From contig OY820579.1 of assembly GCA_963681965.1 (NCBI GenBank), positions 1,696,001-1,760,000 of the forward strand: a stretch of DNA of 64,000 bases, in the 5' to 3' direction. The stretch is from a bacterium (GTDB lineage: Bacteria; Electryoneota; JAOADG01). Under the pieces are notes generated by a model. The model had not been told where the DNA came from. It saw only the letters and a list, made by a program, of their open reading frames with translations, and ran no database searches. Position numbers and translations under genes: made by a program. Shown one piece after another: positions 40,611 to 52,000 of the stretch. The stretch's first letter is position 1. Every line of letters starts with the position of its first letter.

Positions 40611-41525
40611 ATGTCTCATCGGCATCCGCTCGATTGGTTTTTTCTACTTCGACCGACATTATTGTTTCCAGTTTGTACAGTTTTTTTGGCGGGGTACCGG
40701 TTAGGTACTTCGCCATTATTGTTTTGGGAATGGGCAGTATTTTCGCTTTCAGCGATCGCAATGGGTGGGGCAGTGTATGTGCTGAATGAAGTATCCGATA
40801 TCGAATCGGACAGCGCGAACAACAAATTGCATTATCTGCCTCGAGGTATTTTTTCGGTTACCACTGCTCGCAATTACGGAATTGTTCTCGGAGTGCTTGG
40901 AATTGCCGGTTTGACACTCATTGCCAAGTTGAATACGATTTGGATCGCGTTGGGTTTCATCATTACCGGAGTGCTATACAATGTCAGACCATTCCGCTGG
41001 AAAGACCGTCCAACAGCAGGGATACTGGTAGCGGTTGCAGGAGGAGGCTTGACCTTTTGGGCAGGCATGTTGCTTGGTAAAGCGCCGATGCACCACATCC
41101 CGGAGATGATTCCCTACCTGTTCGCATTTGGTGGTGTGTCGGTTTTTACGCAGTTACTGGATACCGATGGCGATCGTAAATCAGGCAAGATCACGCTTGC
41201 CGTTCGTTATGGAATTCCGATAGCAATCAAAATTGGTTGGAGTGGAATTGCCCTTGCTTTAGTATTAGCGATTGCCATTAACGATCTCGCGATGATCCTC
41301 TCAGCAGGCATCCCACTGCTTTTCGGTTTACTTAAGTACAGAAATTATAATATCGAAAGCTGTGGCTTAATTGCCCGATTTGCAATCCTATTGCTTTCGT
41401 TAACGATCGGATCTCAATATCCGGTTTATTTGCTTACGATTTTTGTATATTACTTCATTGCTCGCTGGTACTACCGACTCAGATTCGATCTTCAGTATCC
41501 ATCGCTCACAGGGAATTCATGGTAA
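40611..41525 (+). CDS. UbiA-superfamily prenyltransferase
   Basis: LLRP, NEVSDIESD and DTDGDRKSGKITLAVRYG Asp-rich motifs; multiple TM helices; start moved to ATG 40611. Confidence 0.8.
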   Translation: MSHRHPLDWFFLLRPTLLFPVCTVFLAGYRLGTSPLLFWEWAVFSLSAIAMGGAVYVLNEVSDIESDSANNKLHYLPRGIFSVTTARNYGIVLGVLGIAGLTLIAKLNTIWIALGFIITGVLYNVRPFRWKDRPTAGILVAVAGGGLTFWAGMLLGKAPMHHIPEMIPYLFAFGGVSVFTQLLDTDGDRKSGKITLAVRYGIPIAIKIGWSGIALALVLAIAINDLAMILSAGIPLLFGLLKYRNYNIESCGLIARFAILLLSLTIGSQYPVYLLTIFVYYFIARWYYRLRFDLQYPSLTGNSW

Positions 41526-42172
41526 AAGGTCCACCCATACCAAAACCATCGGGTCAATTTTTCGGAGTTGTTCAGGAAATTGGACTGCATCAACTTTGGA
41601 AAATTTCGAATCTGCTTTCTCTCTCCCGGCTGATATTGATTATTCCGGTCTGTTTCCTATTGGTTCGCGATCAGGATTTTGACAAATATATTGCACTGAG
41701 TTTAATGGTAGTTGCTGCAATTACCGATTATCTCGACGGCTATTTAGCACGGAAATTGAACCAAGTAACCGAGCTGGGTAAAATTCTCGATCCGATTTCC
41801 GATAAAATTTGTTTGTTGGCGGTTGCGTTATGTCTGGCATCGCCATCGCGACCGGTCCGATTCTCCTATTCACTCTTGACGGTGGCACTATTACGCGATA
41901 CGATGATTGTGGTCTGCGGCTATTGGGCATACCGTGCGAAAAATGTGATTATGGTGTCCAACTGGTGGGGGAAATGGACGAGTTCGGTATTCGCGATTTT
42001 GACGATTATCGTAACACTTGAGGTGCCGGACCAACCGTGGTATCTTTTCTTTATCGACGTACATTCACTAACCTTCATTCTGTTCGGTTTGCTGATCATT
42101 TCATCGCTGAGTTATTTTACTACGTTCTTGGATGTCGCATCGAGTCCATCGCGAGATAACGATAAATCGTAA
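41519..42172 (+). CDS. CDP-alcohol phosphatidyltransferase (PgsA/Cls-like)
   Basis: SNLLSLSR and TDYLDGYLARKLNQVTELGKILDPISDK signature. Confidence 0.9.
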   Translation: MVKGPPIPKPSGQFFGVVQEIGLHQLWKISNLLSLSRLILIIPVCFLLVRDQDFDKYIALSLMVVAAITDYLDGYLARKLNQVTELGKILDPISDKICLLAVALCLASPSRPVRFSYSLLTVALLRDTMIVVCGYWAYRAKNVIMVSNWWGKWTSSVFAILTIIVTLEVPDQPWYLFFIDVHSLTFILFGLLIISSLSYFTTFLDVASSPSRDNDKS

Positions 42173-42315
42173 AGCTGGGAAAGTGTTTAATATGATTGCT
42201 ATCGAATTATCCGCATGTTGTCGCGAAAGCCATTTAAACGATTGATCCAACCGTAATCTGTTTGCTGTGACAGGGCGGGAGGCAAGTTCCGCCCTGATTT
42301 ATTTTTGAGGCTGTC

Positions 42316-43722
42316 ATGCTGAAGTTTTACAACACCATGTCCCGAAAGATGGAAGAATTCAAACCGCTGGATCCATCCGGTAAAATCGTAAAACTCTATA
42401 CTTGTGGACCGACCGTCTACAACTATGCGCATATCGGAAATATGCGCACTTACGTCTGGGAAGATTTTCTTCAGCGAACACTAGAGTATATGGGTTACGA
42501 GGTGTTGCGGGTATTGAATATCACCGATGTCGACGATAAAACGATTCGCGACTCGCAGGCGACTCAGACTCCGTTTTTCGAATTCACCGAAAAATATACA
42601 AAGGCGTTTTTATCCGATGTCGATTTATTGCATATCGAGCATGCAACTCACTATCCTCGAGCTACCGAATTTATTCCACAGATCATCGAGATGATCGAAA
42701 CGCTGATTGCGAACGATCACGCCTACGAGGCGGATGGATCGGTGTATTTCAGGATCGCGAGCTTTGCCGATTACGGCAAGTTATCGGGTCGAGTGAACAA
42801 AGGCACTGGCAAACAGCGCGTGGTTGCCGATGAATACGACGAAAAAGAGGGTGCACAGGATTTCGCACTTTGGAAAGCATGGAAACCCGAAGACGGCGAG
42901 GTAAAGTGGGATTCTCCTTGGGGAGCGGGACGTCCCGGTTGGCATATCGAGTGTTCGGCGATGTCGAAACATTATTTAGGCGATACCTTCGATATCCATT
43001 GCGGTGGTAAAGAGCATCTGTTCCCGCATCATGAAAACGAGATTGCGCAAAGCGAAGCCAGCAGCGGCAAACAGTTCGTCAAATATTGGTTGCACGGTGA
43101 ATGGTTGCAACTCGGCGAAGAGAAAATGTCGAAGTCGCTCGGGAATATCTATACTCTTCGCGATCTCATGGATAAAGGGTATTCTCCACGGGCATACCGG
43201 TATTATATGTTGACTGCGAATTATCGGATGCCGGTGATTTTTACGTTTGACGGTATGAACGAAGCGATGCAGAAGATCGAACGCTTCGATGAATTCTGGT
43301 ACGCCTTTGAGCGCGGTACCGGAGCGGGTGCAGCCGATGAGGTCGCGCGATTGATCGCTGGTTTCGACACGCAATTTAGCGAAGCTTTGGAAGACGATTG
43401 CAATGCCGCACGGGCATTGTCGGTGGTATACGAAGCGATGCGTGCTTTTAACGGGTTGCGTTCACGCGGAATTCTGTCGTCCGACGATACGGAATCGATC
43501 AAGACTTTTTGGAAAAAAATCGATGCCGTTTTTGCATTTCTACTCCCGTGGGAAGAGAAGCAACTGCTCTCAGAGAACGAAATTGAACAGCTCATCGAGG
43601 ATCGGAAGCAAGCGCGGAAGAATAAGGATTTTTCGGCTGCTGACAGGATTCGTAAAGATTTACTGGATCGAGGAATTGTCTTGGAAGATACTCCCGGAGG
43701 GACGATTTGGCGTCGTAAGTGA
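42316..43722 (+). CDS. cysS: Cysteine--tRNA ligase
   Basis: CGPTVY, HIGN, GRPGWHIECSAM, FPHHENE, KMSKS. Confidence 0.97.
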   Translation: MLKFYNTMSRKMEEFKPLDPSGKIVKLYTCGPTVYNYAHIGNMRTYVWEDFLQRTLEYMGYEVLRVLNITDVDDKTIRDSQATQTPFFEFTEKYTKAFLSDVDLLHIEHATHYPRATEFIPQIIEMIETLIANDHAYEADGSVYFRIASFADYGKLSGRVNKGTGKQRVVADEYDEKEGAQDFALWKAWKPEDGEVKWDSPWGAGRPGWHIECSAMSKHYLGDTFDIHCGGKEHLFPHHENEIAQSEASSGKQFVKYWLHGEWLQLGEEKMSKSLGNIYTLRDLMDKGYSPRAYRYYMLTANYRMPVIFTFDGMNEAMQKIERFDEFWYAFERGTGAGAADEVARLIAGFDTQFSEALEDDCNAARALSVVYEAMRAFNGLRSRGILSSDDTESIKTFWKKIDAVFAFLLPWEEKQLLSENEIEQLIEDRKQARKNKDFSAADRIRKDLLDRGIVLEDTPGGTIWRRK

Positions 43723-43742
43723 CGTATTGTCACCACACTTTC

Positions 43743-43771
43743 TTGACAAATCCATAAAATTGTATTAACCT
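43743..43771 (+). promoter_or_regulatory. sigma70 promoter of the tRNA-tuf operon
   Basis: TTGACA-17 nt-TAACCT. Confidence 0.65.
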
Positions 43772-43787
43772 ACCGTGTTGCTTTCAA

Positions 43788-43860
43788 GCTGACGTAGCTC
43801 AGTTGGTAGAGCTCCCGACTTGTAATCGGAAGGTCGTCGGTTCAAATCCGACCGTCAGCT
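43788..43860 (+). tRNA. tRNA-Thr(TGT)
   Basis: Cloverleaf GCTGACG...CT-TGT-AA...TTCAAAT...CGTCAGC-T; CCA not encoded. Confidence 0.93.
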
Positions 43861-43995
43861 CCGATGACTGTCGGAGCCGATGCGTAGGATGAAAGCCAAC
43901 TGATTGTCGTCTTACGACACCGACCGGATCCTAAGCGATTCAGTCGGTTTTTCTTCGCAACGGTTTCGACTGAGTTCATTTGAGCTCTTTGACAA

Positions 43996-44079
43996 GGTGG
44001 GGTGGCCGAGTGGTTAATGGCAACAGACTGTAAATCTGTCGTGCACCGCACTACGTAGGTTCAAATCCTACCCCCACCA
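43996..44079 (+). tRNA. tRNA-Tyr(GTA)
   Basis: GGTGGGG acceptor; ACAGA-CT-GTA-AA-TCTGT; long variable arm. Confidence 0.95.
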
Positions 44080-44123
44080 CACATCCGATTTTACGTTTTT
44101 TCCCGTAGAATCGCACTTTTTTT

Positions 44124-44196
44124 GCGGGAGTAGCTCAGTTGGTAGAGCATCAGCCTTCCAAGCTGAGGGTCGCGGGTTCGAGTCTCGTCTCCCGCT
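44124..44196 (+). tRNA. tRNA-Gly(TCC)
   Basis: GCGGGAG acceptor; TCAGC-CT-TCC-AA-GCTGA. Confidence 0.95.
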
Positions 44197-44266
44197 CGAA
44201 GAGGAAGCCACTCGCTTTCTCGATTTTGTCGTAGAAATTCAAGCAATCGACAAAATATGGTTATTC

Positions 44267-44339
44267 GCTGACGTAGCTCAGTAGGTAGAGCACATCCTTG
44301 GTAAGGATGAGGTCACCGGTTCGATCCCGGTCGTCAGCT
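44267..44339 (+). tRNA. tRNA-Thr(GGT)
   Basis: GCTGACG acceptor; CATCC-TT-GGT-AA-GGATG. Confidence 0.95.
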
Positions 44340-44397
44340 CTTTCAATTCTATCCATTATGAAAATTCATTCTGACCCAAAGTTCGAGGGAGTTTATC

Positions 44398-45588
44398 ATG
44401 GCGAAAGCGAAATTTGATCGTACAAAACCGCACGTCAATATCGGGACGATCGGTCACGTTGATCACGGTAAGACGACGTTAACGGCAGCGATCACATTGG
44501 TTTTGAGTCATCAGGGTTTGGCACAATTCCGTTCTTTCGATTCGATCGACAATGCCCCGGAAGAAAAAGCCCGTGGTATCACGATTGCGACTGCTCACAT
44601 CGAGTACGAAACGAAGAATCGTCATTATGCTCACGTTGACTGCCCGGGTCACGCCGACTATGTAAAGAACATGGTTACCGGTGCCGCTCAGATGGACGGT
44701 GCGATTATTGTTGTCGCTGCTACCGACGGTCCGATGCCGCAAACTCGCGAACACATTTTGCTCGCCCGTCAGGTTGGCGTACCGTTTCTGATCGTTTTCA
44801 TGAACAAGTGCGATGCGGTCGACGATCCGGAAATTTTGGACTTGGTCGAATTGGAAATGCGCGAATTGTTGAGCCAGTACCAATTCCCGGGTGACGAGAT
44901 TCCGGTGATTCGCGGTAGCGCTCTTGATGCTTTGAACTATCCCGACGATCTAGAAAAGAACAAATGCGTTTTGGAACTGATGGAAGCCTGCGACAGCTAT
45001 ATTCCGCTTCCGCAACGTGCAACGGATCTTCCGTTCCTTATGCCGGTTGAAGACGTATTTTCGATTACCGGTCGCGGTACTGTTGCTACCGGTCGTATCG
45101 AACGCGGTATTGTTAAGGTTGGCGAAACTTTGGAACTGATCGGTTTGGGCGCCCACAAGGATACGGTCTGTACCGGTGTTGAAATGTTCCGCAAACTGTT
45201 GGATCAGGGTCAAGCTGGTGACAACGTAGGTTGCTTGCTTCGCGGTGTGGACAAGAACGAAATCGAACGCGGTATGGTTTTGGCAAAGCCGAAATCGATT
45301 ACTCCTCACACGAAGTTCGAAGCCGAAGTTTACGTCTTGTCGAAAGAAGAAGGTGGTCGTCATACCCCGTTCTTCAACGGTTACCGTCCGCAGTTCTACT
45401 TCCGCACGACTGATGTTACCGGTGCTGTGGACCTTCCCGAAGGTATGGAAATGGTCCTTCCGGGTGACAAAGTGAGTGTGGTTGTTACGTTGATCACTCC
45501 GATCGCGATGGAAGAGAAACTCAAATTCGCAATTCGCGAAGGCGGCCGCACCGTCGGTGCCGGTTTCGTAACAAAGATTTTAGAGTAA
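44398..45588 (+). CDS. tuf: Elongation factor Tu, copy 1
   Basis: [25 protein letters not shown]. Confidence 0.98.
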   Translation: MAKAKFDRTKPHVNIGTIGHVDHGKTTLTAAITLVLSHQGLAQFRSFDSIDNAPEEKARGITIATAHIEYETKNRHYAHVDCPGHADYVKNMVTGAAQMDGAIIVVAATDGPMPQTREHILLARQVGVPFLIVFMNKCDAVDDPEILDLVELEMRELLSQYQFPGDEIPVIRGSALDALNYPDDLEKNKCVLELMEACDSYIPLPQRATDLPFLMPVEDVFSITGRGTVATGRIERGIVKVGETLELIGLGAHKDTVCTGVEMFRKLLDQGQAGDNVGCLLRGVDKNEIERGMVLAKPKSITPHTKFEAEVYVLSKEEGGRHTPFFNGYRPQFYFRTTDVTGAVDLPEGMEMVLPGDKVSVVVTLITPIAMEEKLKFAIREGGRTVGAGFVTKILE

Positions 45589-45654
45589 TTCGAAATAGTG
45601 GCGTGGATAATCCGCGCCACTCTGTTATTCGGAAACGAATACAGTTCTTTGGAT

Positions 45655-45728
45655 AGGCTAGTAGCTCAATTGGCTAGAGCACCGGTCTCCAAAACCGGGG
45701 GTTGGGGGTTCGAGTCCCTCCTGGCCTG
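45655..45728 (+). tRNA. tRNA-Trp(CCA)
   Basis: AGGCTAG acceptor; CCGGT-CT-CCA-AA-ACCGG; usual position before secE. Confidence 0.95.
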
Positions 45729-45788
45729 CTGGATAGATAGCCCAAACAGCTTCTACAGATGTAGACCAACCGGTCGAAGAGGCATACA

Positions 45789-45983
45789 ATGAGTGAACCG
45801 ATTAAGGATAAAATTAAAGGCTACATTTCCGACGTTCGTCAGGAGATGGAAAAAGTCTCTTGGCCGACTTGGCAAGAGGTGAAATCAAGCACATGGATCG
45901 TGATTGCGCTGTCCTGTATCCTTGCGATGTTCTTGTTTGGTGTCGACCAGTTGCTGTCGCGAATCGTGAAAGCGATCCTCTAG
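45789..45983 (+). CDS. secE: Preprotein translocase subunit SecE
   Basis: EMEKVSWPT plus one TM helix; synteny. Confidence 0.93.
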   Translation: MSEPIKDKIKGYISDVRQEMEKVSWPTWQEVKSSTWIVIALSCILAMFLFGVDQLLSRIVKAIL

Positions 45984-45993
45984 GAGTTAAGGC

Positions 45994-46548
45994 TTGAAAG
46001 AAATCCTGGAAAAATACTTTTATTCCCTTCACGTCTTTACCAAACACGAAGAGAAGGTGAAACACTATCTGGAGACCGAAGCGAAGCGCCTCGGTATCGA
46101 TGGGGATATGGGTCAAATCCTCATTCCGTGTGAAGAAGTGGTAGAGATGAAAGCCGGGAAGAAGAAAGTCAAGAAACGGTTGCTGTATCCCGGATATATT
46201 TTCGTCGAAATGTCGCTGACACGCGGTATGATGAATTTAATTCAGGAAGCTCCGACGACAATGGGATTGATCGGACAGGGCGGTGAACCGACTGCACTGA
46301 CTCCCGGCGATGTCGAACGCATTCACGGTCGCGTCGAAGAACGCCGCGGTAAAGCCGTTTTAGAAATTCCGTTTGAAATTGACGAACAGGTCAAGATTGT
46401 CGATGGACCGTTCAAAGATTTCATCGGTACCGTGAAAGAAATTCACGCCGAACGACACAAACTTAAGGTGATGGTTACGGTGTTTGGACGTCCGACGCCG
46501 GTGGAAGTCGATTTCCTCCAAGTCACCAACGAATTTTCGAACGAGTAG
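45994..46548 (+). CDS. nusG: Transcription termination/antitermination factor NusG
   Basis: YPGYIFVEM, KOW motif DGPFKDF, FGRPTPVE. Confidence 0.95.
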   Translation: MKEILEKYFYSLHVFTKHEEKVKHYLETEAKRLGIDGDMGQILIPCEEVVEMKAGKKKVKKRLLYPGYIFVEMSLTRGMMNLIQEAPTTMGLIGQGGEPTALTPGDVERIHGRVEERRGKAVLEIPFEIDEQVKIVDGPFKDFIGTVKEIHAERHKLKVMVTVFGRPTPVEVDFLQVTNEFSNE

Positions 46549-46633
46549 AGTGCCGGAACGACCCGCGGGGTCGTTTTCATTCAGTAGCGGTACGCAAAAG
46601 TGGAGCGTACCAGCATGAGAAAGAAGTAATAAG

Positions 46634-47056
46634 ATGGCAAAGAAAATCGTAGGGTATGCACGCTTGCAGTTGACTGCCGGCTCTGCCACCCCGGCACCGC
46701 CGGTCGGTACCGCCTTGGGTCCCAAGGGCGTGAATTTGATGGAGTTCTGCAAGCAATTCAATGCCCGTACTCAGGATAAAGCCGGTATGATTATTCCGGT
46801 GGTCGTCACTGTTTACGCCGACAAGAGCTTTACCTTCATCACCAAGATGCCGCCCGTAAGCTTTTTGATTAAGAAAGCAGCCGGAATCGATAAGGGCAGT
46901 AAAGTTCCGAATCGCGACAAAGTCGGCAAATTGACCCGGGATCAGATAAAGCAGATTGCCGAAACCAAGATGCCCGATTTGAATTGTGAATCGATCGAAT
47001 CTGCGATGTTGTTGGTTGCGGGAACTGCCAGATCGATGGGTATTGTCACCGATTAA
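46634..47056 (+). CDS. rplK: 50S ribosomal protein L11
   Basis: [19 protein letters not shown]. Confidence 0.97.
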   Translation: MAKKIVGYARLQLTAGSATPAPPVGTALGPKGVNLMEFCKQFNARTQDKAGMIIPVVVTVYADKSFTFITKMPPVSFLIKKAAGIDKGSKVPNRDKVGKLTRDQIKQIAETKMPDLNCESIESAMLLVAGTARSMGIVTD

Positions 47057-47110
47057 TTTTGATTTGTTAACCGGACGGACTTATCCTCCGTCCCTCCATA
47101 ACGAGCGACG

Positions 47111-47140
47111 TGCGGGAGGCAATAGCCGTTCTACCGCGCG
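47111..47140 (+). promoter_or_regulatory. Putative ribosomal protein L1 autoregulatory leader
   Basis: gcgGGAGgcaatagccgttctaccgc immediately upstream of rplA, resembling known L1-binding leaders. Confidence 0.55.
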
Positions 47141-47149
47141 GGAGGAAAG

Positions 47150-47842
47150 ATGAAAAATAAACGCTATCGCGCCGCTTTCGCCGCAGTGGATCGCGATAAG
47201 GAATATGAACTCGCGGAAGCGGTCAAACTGGTGAAGGCGAATGCCAAAGCCAAATTTGACGAGACCGTCGAGTTAGCGGTGAATTTGGGAGTCGATCCCC
47301 GTAAAGCCGACCAAATGGTTCGCGGTACGGTTATTCTTCCCCACGGTATTGGTAAGACTGTTCGAGTTCTGGTATTGGCAAAGGGTGCGAAAGCCGAAGA
47401 GGCAACAGCCGCCGGTGCCGATCTTGCCGGTTTCGAAGAGTATATCGAGAAGATTAAGGGTGGCTGGGCAGATATCGATACGATTATTGCCACTCCCGAT
47501 GTCATGGGTGATGTTGGTAAGCTCGGTAAGATTCTCGGACCCCGCGGTTTGATGCCGAATCCGAAGACTGGTACTGTGACAATGGATGTCACAAAAGCCG
47601 TAACCGAAGCCAAAGCCGGTAAAGTTGAATTCCGAGTTGAAAAAGCCGGTATCGTTCATGTCGGTTGTGGAAAAGCCAGCTTCAGTGAAGAAGCGCTATT
47701 CCAAAATATCGACGCGGTACTGAAGACTTTGATCCGGATGCGTCCCTCTACCGCCAAAGGTATGTACGTAAAGAAGATTGCATTGTCGTCTACGATGGGT
47801 CCCGGCGTTCGCGTCACCCGCACCGCAGCGACGTTGGCTTAA
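47150..47842 (+). CDS. rplA: 50S ribosomal protein L1
   Basis: [24 protein letters not shown]. Confidence 0.97.
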   Translation: MKNKRYRAAFAAVDRDKEYELAEAVKLVKANAKAKFDETVELAVNLGVDPRKADQMVRGTVILPHGIGKTVRVLVLAKGAKAEEATAAGADLAGFEEYIEKIKGGWADIDTIIATPDVMGDVGKLGKILGPRGLMPNPKTGTVTMDVTKAVTEAKAGKVEFRVEKAGIVHVGCGKASFSEEALFQNIDAVLKTLIRMRPSTAKGMYVKKIALSSTMGPGVRVTRTAATLA

Positions 47843-47868
47843 GAGTGGTGAAAGGAGTATAGTACAAG

Positions 47869-48408
47869 ATGAATCGTCCCGATCCGCATCCGAATGCCGA
47901 CAAACGTGAGGTGGTAGAAGACCTCCGCAACCGCTTCGGTAATGCAAAATCCATCGTTATGGCGGATTATACCGGCATGACGGTAGCCGATGCCAGTGAA
48001 TTCCGGAAACTATGCCGGAAAGAAGGTATCGACGTTCTGGTTGCCAAGAATACCTTGGCAAAGTTAGCACTGAAGGATCATGGTAAAGAAGGCGCATTTA
48101 AGTTGCTGAAGGGTCAGACGATGTTTGCCGTGGCAAACAACGATCCTGCTGCCCCGATCCGAGTGTTGCTGGCTTTTGCCAAGAAGCACAACGACAAGCC
48201 GTTACTGCGCGGCATGCTGATGGACAATTCGGTGTTCGACGCCAAACAGGCGGAACAACTGAAGGATCTACCGAGCCGCGAGCAATTGATTGCCCAAATT
48301 CTTGGTTTGATCGAAGCACCGATCAGCCAGTTGGTTGGCGTGTTGCAGGAAATTTTGCGCAGCGTTCCGGCGTTGGTCGATGCCGTTTCGCAAAAACAAT
48401 CTGCTTAA
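47869..48408 (+). CDS. rplJ: 50S ribosomal protein L10
   Basis: DYTGMTV, VAKNTL, LPSREQL; synteny. Confidence 0.95.
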   Translation: MNRPDPHPNADKREVVEDLRNRFGNAKSIVMADYTGMTVADASEFRKLCRKEGIDVLVAKNTLAKLALKDHGKEGAFKLLKGQTMFAVANNDPAAPIRVLLAFAKKHNDKPLLRGMLMDNSVFDAKQAEQLKDLPSREQLIAQILGLIEAPISQLVGVLQEILRSVPALVDAVSQKQSA

Positions 48409-48534
48409 TCGTACACCATCCGGGTTGAAATTAGACAAGTTTATCGAACAGTCGCACCGGCATCGTATCCGGACTGCGGCGAGTAATGAAAGAGAATCAC
48501 GAAGAGGTTCGTGATTGCTGAAAGGAGCAAGAAG

Positions 48535-48921
48535 GTGGAAAAGGTCCAGCAAATCGTATCGCAAATCGAAACTCTCACGGTTCTTGAGTTGGTCGAATTG
48601 AAAAAGGCGTTGGAAGACAAGTTTGGTGTCACGGCAGCCGCCCCGATGATGGCGATGGCAATGCCGGGTGCAGCGGTTGCAGCAGAAGCGGCACCGGTTG
48701 TCGAAGAACAGACTGAATTCAACGTCGTGTTGGTTTCGGCTGGCGAAAAGAAAATCAATGTGATTAAAGAAGTGCGTGCGGTTACCGGTCTCGGTCTGAA
48801 GGAAGCAAAAGACCTGGTCGAAGGTGCGCCAAACCCGGTTAAAACCGGTGTTTCCAAGGAAGAAGCCATGGCGATCAAAGCCAAATTGGAAGAAGCGGGC
48901 GCGGCTGTCGAAGTCAAGTAA
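48535..48921 (+). CDS. rplL: 50S ribosomal protein L7/L12
   Basis: [26 protein letters not shown]; GTG start after AAGGAG. Confidence 0.96.
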   Translation: MEKVQQIVSQIETLTVLELVELKKALEDKFGVTAAAPMMAMAMPGAAVAAEAAPVVEEQTEFNVVLVSAGEKKINVIKEVRAVTGLGLKEAKDLVEGAPNPVKTGVSKEEAMAIKAKLEEAGAAVEVK

Positions 48922-49047
48922 TATCGGGAGTGGAGACCAACTGAGTGTTATCCATCTCGTATCTTGCATGTTCGATTTGCGAATCCGGAATCGGCTCTGC
49001 CGGTTCCGGAATCGCGTCTTGTATGGTCTATCCGGAGCGGAGGCGTC

Positions 49048-52000
49048 TTGAACAAGAATAAGTACGACCATCGCATTAGTTTCGCTCGAATTCCCGAGCT
49101 GCTTCAGTTACCTGATTTGTTGGAAGCACAGCTAAAAAGCTTCGAGGAATTCCTGCAAGCGGATGTCCCGCCTGCACAGCGCAAGCAGATCGGTTTGCAG
49201 AAGATCTTTCTTTCGATTTTCCCAATTATGGACAATCGCGAAGAGAGCATTCTGGAATTTGTCGAATATTATATCGAGCCACCAAAGTTTACGATCGACG
49301 AGTGCAAGGAGCGTGCTGCTACTTACTCGTCGACCTTAAAAATCAAACTGCGACTATCGACGCGCGACGAATCGTCCGACGGTTTTGGCGAAACGATCGA
49401 ATCCGATGTATACCTCGGTTCGATTCCGCTTATGACTCCCGCCGGAACATTCATTATTAATGGTGCCGAGCGTGTTGTCGTCAGTCAATTGCATCGTAGC
49501 CCCGGTGTCAGTTTCAGTGAAACTGCCCATCCGAACGGTACGATCATTTATTCCGGTCGCATCATTCCGTTCCGCGGAAGCTGGATTGAATTCGCGACTG
49601 ATATCAACGATTGTCTTTACGCTTATGTCGATAAGCGGAAGAAATTCCCGGTTACGACGCTGCTGCGAGCGATCGGATTTCCGGAAAAAATCGATATCTA
49701 CAAGCTGTTCGACTTAGTCGAAGATCTTTATGTCGAACGCGAATTGGAATATCGCAAGCAGCACAAGCAGATTGCCGAACGCCATATCGCCGTCGATATC
49801 GGCGATACCACGACCGGTGAACTAATTGCTCACGAAAGCGATTCGTTGACCCTTGAACTCCTTCACATTCTTGAAGAGAAGGGGATCAAGAAGGTTCAAC
49901 TGTTCAAATCGGCGCGCGATGCCCGGCGCAATCTAGCGCTCGAGATTATTCAGAATACCTTTAAAAAAGACAAATCGCATGATCGCAAAACCGCGTTGGA
50001 AGTTATCTATCGCGAATTGCGCGGCAGCGATCCGCAAGACGAAGCCAGTGCGGAAAAGAATCTTGCGCGCTTTTTCTTCGATGAAAAACGCTACGATCTC
50101 GGCAGCGTAGGTCGCTACCGATTGAACAAGCAACTCGATCTATCGATCCCAATCAAGACGACGGTTTTGACTTCGGACGATATGGTGAAGATCGTTGCGA
50201 AGGTTTTGCAATTGCGGCTCGGTCAGGAAAACACCGACGATATCGACCACCTGGGTAATCGTCGAGTTCGGACCGTTGGCGAGCAATTGTCGAATCAATT
50301 TGTCGTAGCACTTTCGCGAATGGCGAGAACGGTGAAAGAGCGAATGAATATTCGCGACACCGAAAAGTTGCAACCGCAAGATCTCGTCAACGTGCGCACG
50401 GTCAGTTCCGTGATCAACACTTTCTTCGGAACGAATCAGCTTTCGCAATTTATGGATCAAGTCAATCCGCTTACGGAATTGACTCACAAGCGTCGTTTAT
50501 CGGCACTCGGACCCGGCGGTCTAACGCGCGAGCGCGCCGGCTTTGAAGTCCGCGACGTGCATTATTCGCATTACGGACGTTTGTGTCCGATCGAGACTCC
50601 TGAAGGTCCGAACATCGGTTTGATCTCATCGTTGTGTACGTTTGCGCGCATCAACGATTTGGGATTTATCGAAACCCCGTACCGTAAAGTGGATAACGGA
50701 AACGTCTCGAGTCACATCGACTATTTGAGTGCGGACGAAGAAGATCGGTACTTGATCGCTCAGGCGAATACACCATTGGATGAAACCGGCAAGATTACCG
50801 CCGAGCGTGTACAAGCACGATATCGCGGCGACTTCCCGGTAGTAAAACCGTCCGAAGTTCAATACATGGATGTGGCACCGCATCAGATGGTCTCGATCGC
50901 GGCGGCATTAATTCCATTCCTCGAACACGACGACGCCAACCGCGCATTGATGGGTTCGAACATGCAGCGTCAAGCGGTACCGTTACTCGAACCGCAAGTG
51001 CCGATCGTCGGTACCGGTCTCGAAGAACGTGCTGCCCGCGACAGCCGCGCACTGGTGTTAGCGGAACACGATGGTGTCGTGATCGATGTCGATGCCAATA
51101 GTGTCACCTTGGAAGTCGCATACCAGACGCGTAAGGGTATACAGACCAAGCATCATACTTATATGTTGAAGAAGTTCCGTCGCACGAATCAGGATACTTG
51201 CATCAATCAGCGTCCACGAGTGGCTGCCGGTCAAATCATCAAGAATGGCGATGTTTTGGCAGATGGTCCATCGACCGATTTCGGCGAACTGGCGCTAGGT
51301 CGCAATGTACTATGCGCATTCATGCCTTGGAACGGTTACAACTTCGAAGACTCGATCATCATTTCGGAACGATGTCTGCAAGACGATGTCTTCACTTCGA
51401 TTCATATTGTCGAAAAAGAATTGACCGTTCGCGAAACGAAGCGCGGTCAGGAAGAACTGACTGCGGAAATTCCGAACGTATCGGAAGAGTCGACCAAGAA
51501 TTTGGATGAAAATGGTATCATCCGGATCGGCGCTCAGGTTCTCCCGAACGACATTCTGATTGGAAAAGTCACGCCGAAAGGCGAGATGGATTTGACTCCC
51601 GAAGACAAACTGTTGAAGGCAATTTTCGGCGATAAAGCCGGCGATGTGAAAGACGCATCGTTGAAAGCCGAAGCCGGTTTGTACGGGGTCGTAATCGGTT
51701 CCGATTTATTCAGCCGCAAGAAGAAAGACGCGGCGGCAAAGCGCGACGACAAACGCCGCATCGACGATATCGACGAGAAAAAAGGTCACGAACAATCGTT
51801 ACTCAAACGCAGTGCCGAAGAGCGGTTATTCGAAATGCTCGATGGCAAAGTGTTGAAGAGTATTCGTGCGATTTCCGGTGAAATTAAAATTACCTCCGGT
51901 ACGAAATTCTCGCGCGAGATTCTGAATCAAATCAATATCGACGACCTCGACATCGATTTACCGTGGAGCGACGATGAAGATGTCAATGAAGCGGTTCAAA

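Noticed and set aside
42173-42315. T-box upstream of cysS
   Set aside because: Too short and no T-box sequence; only one GC hairpin (42271-42296)
43788-44339. C27-A43 mismatch in tRNA-Thr(TGT) and absence of encoded CCA ends
   Set aside because: Both are common, tolerated features of bacterial tRNA genes
25959-45654. pyrH-frr missing after tsf and rpmG missing after tuf
   Set aside because: Ordinary gene-order variation; the genes are probably elsewhere
50420-50530. Rifampicin-resistance substitutions in rpoB
   Set aside because: The key D, H and S residues of QFMDQ...[10 protein letters not shown] are wild type
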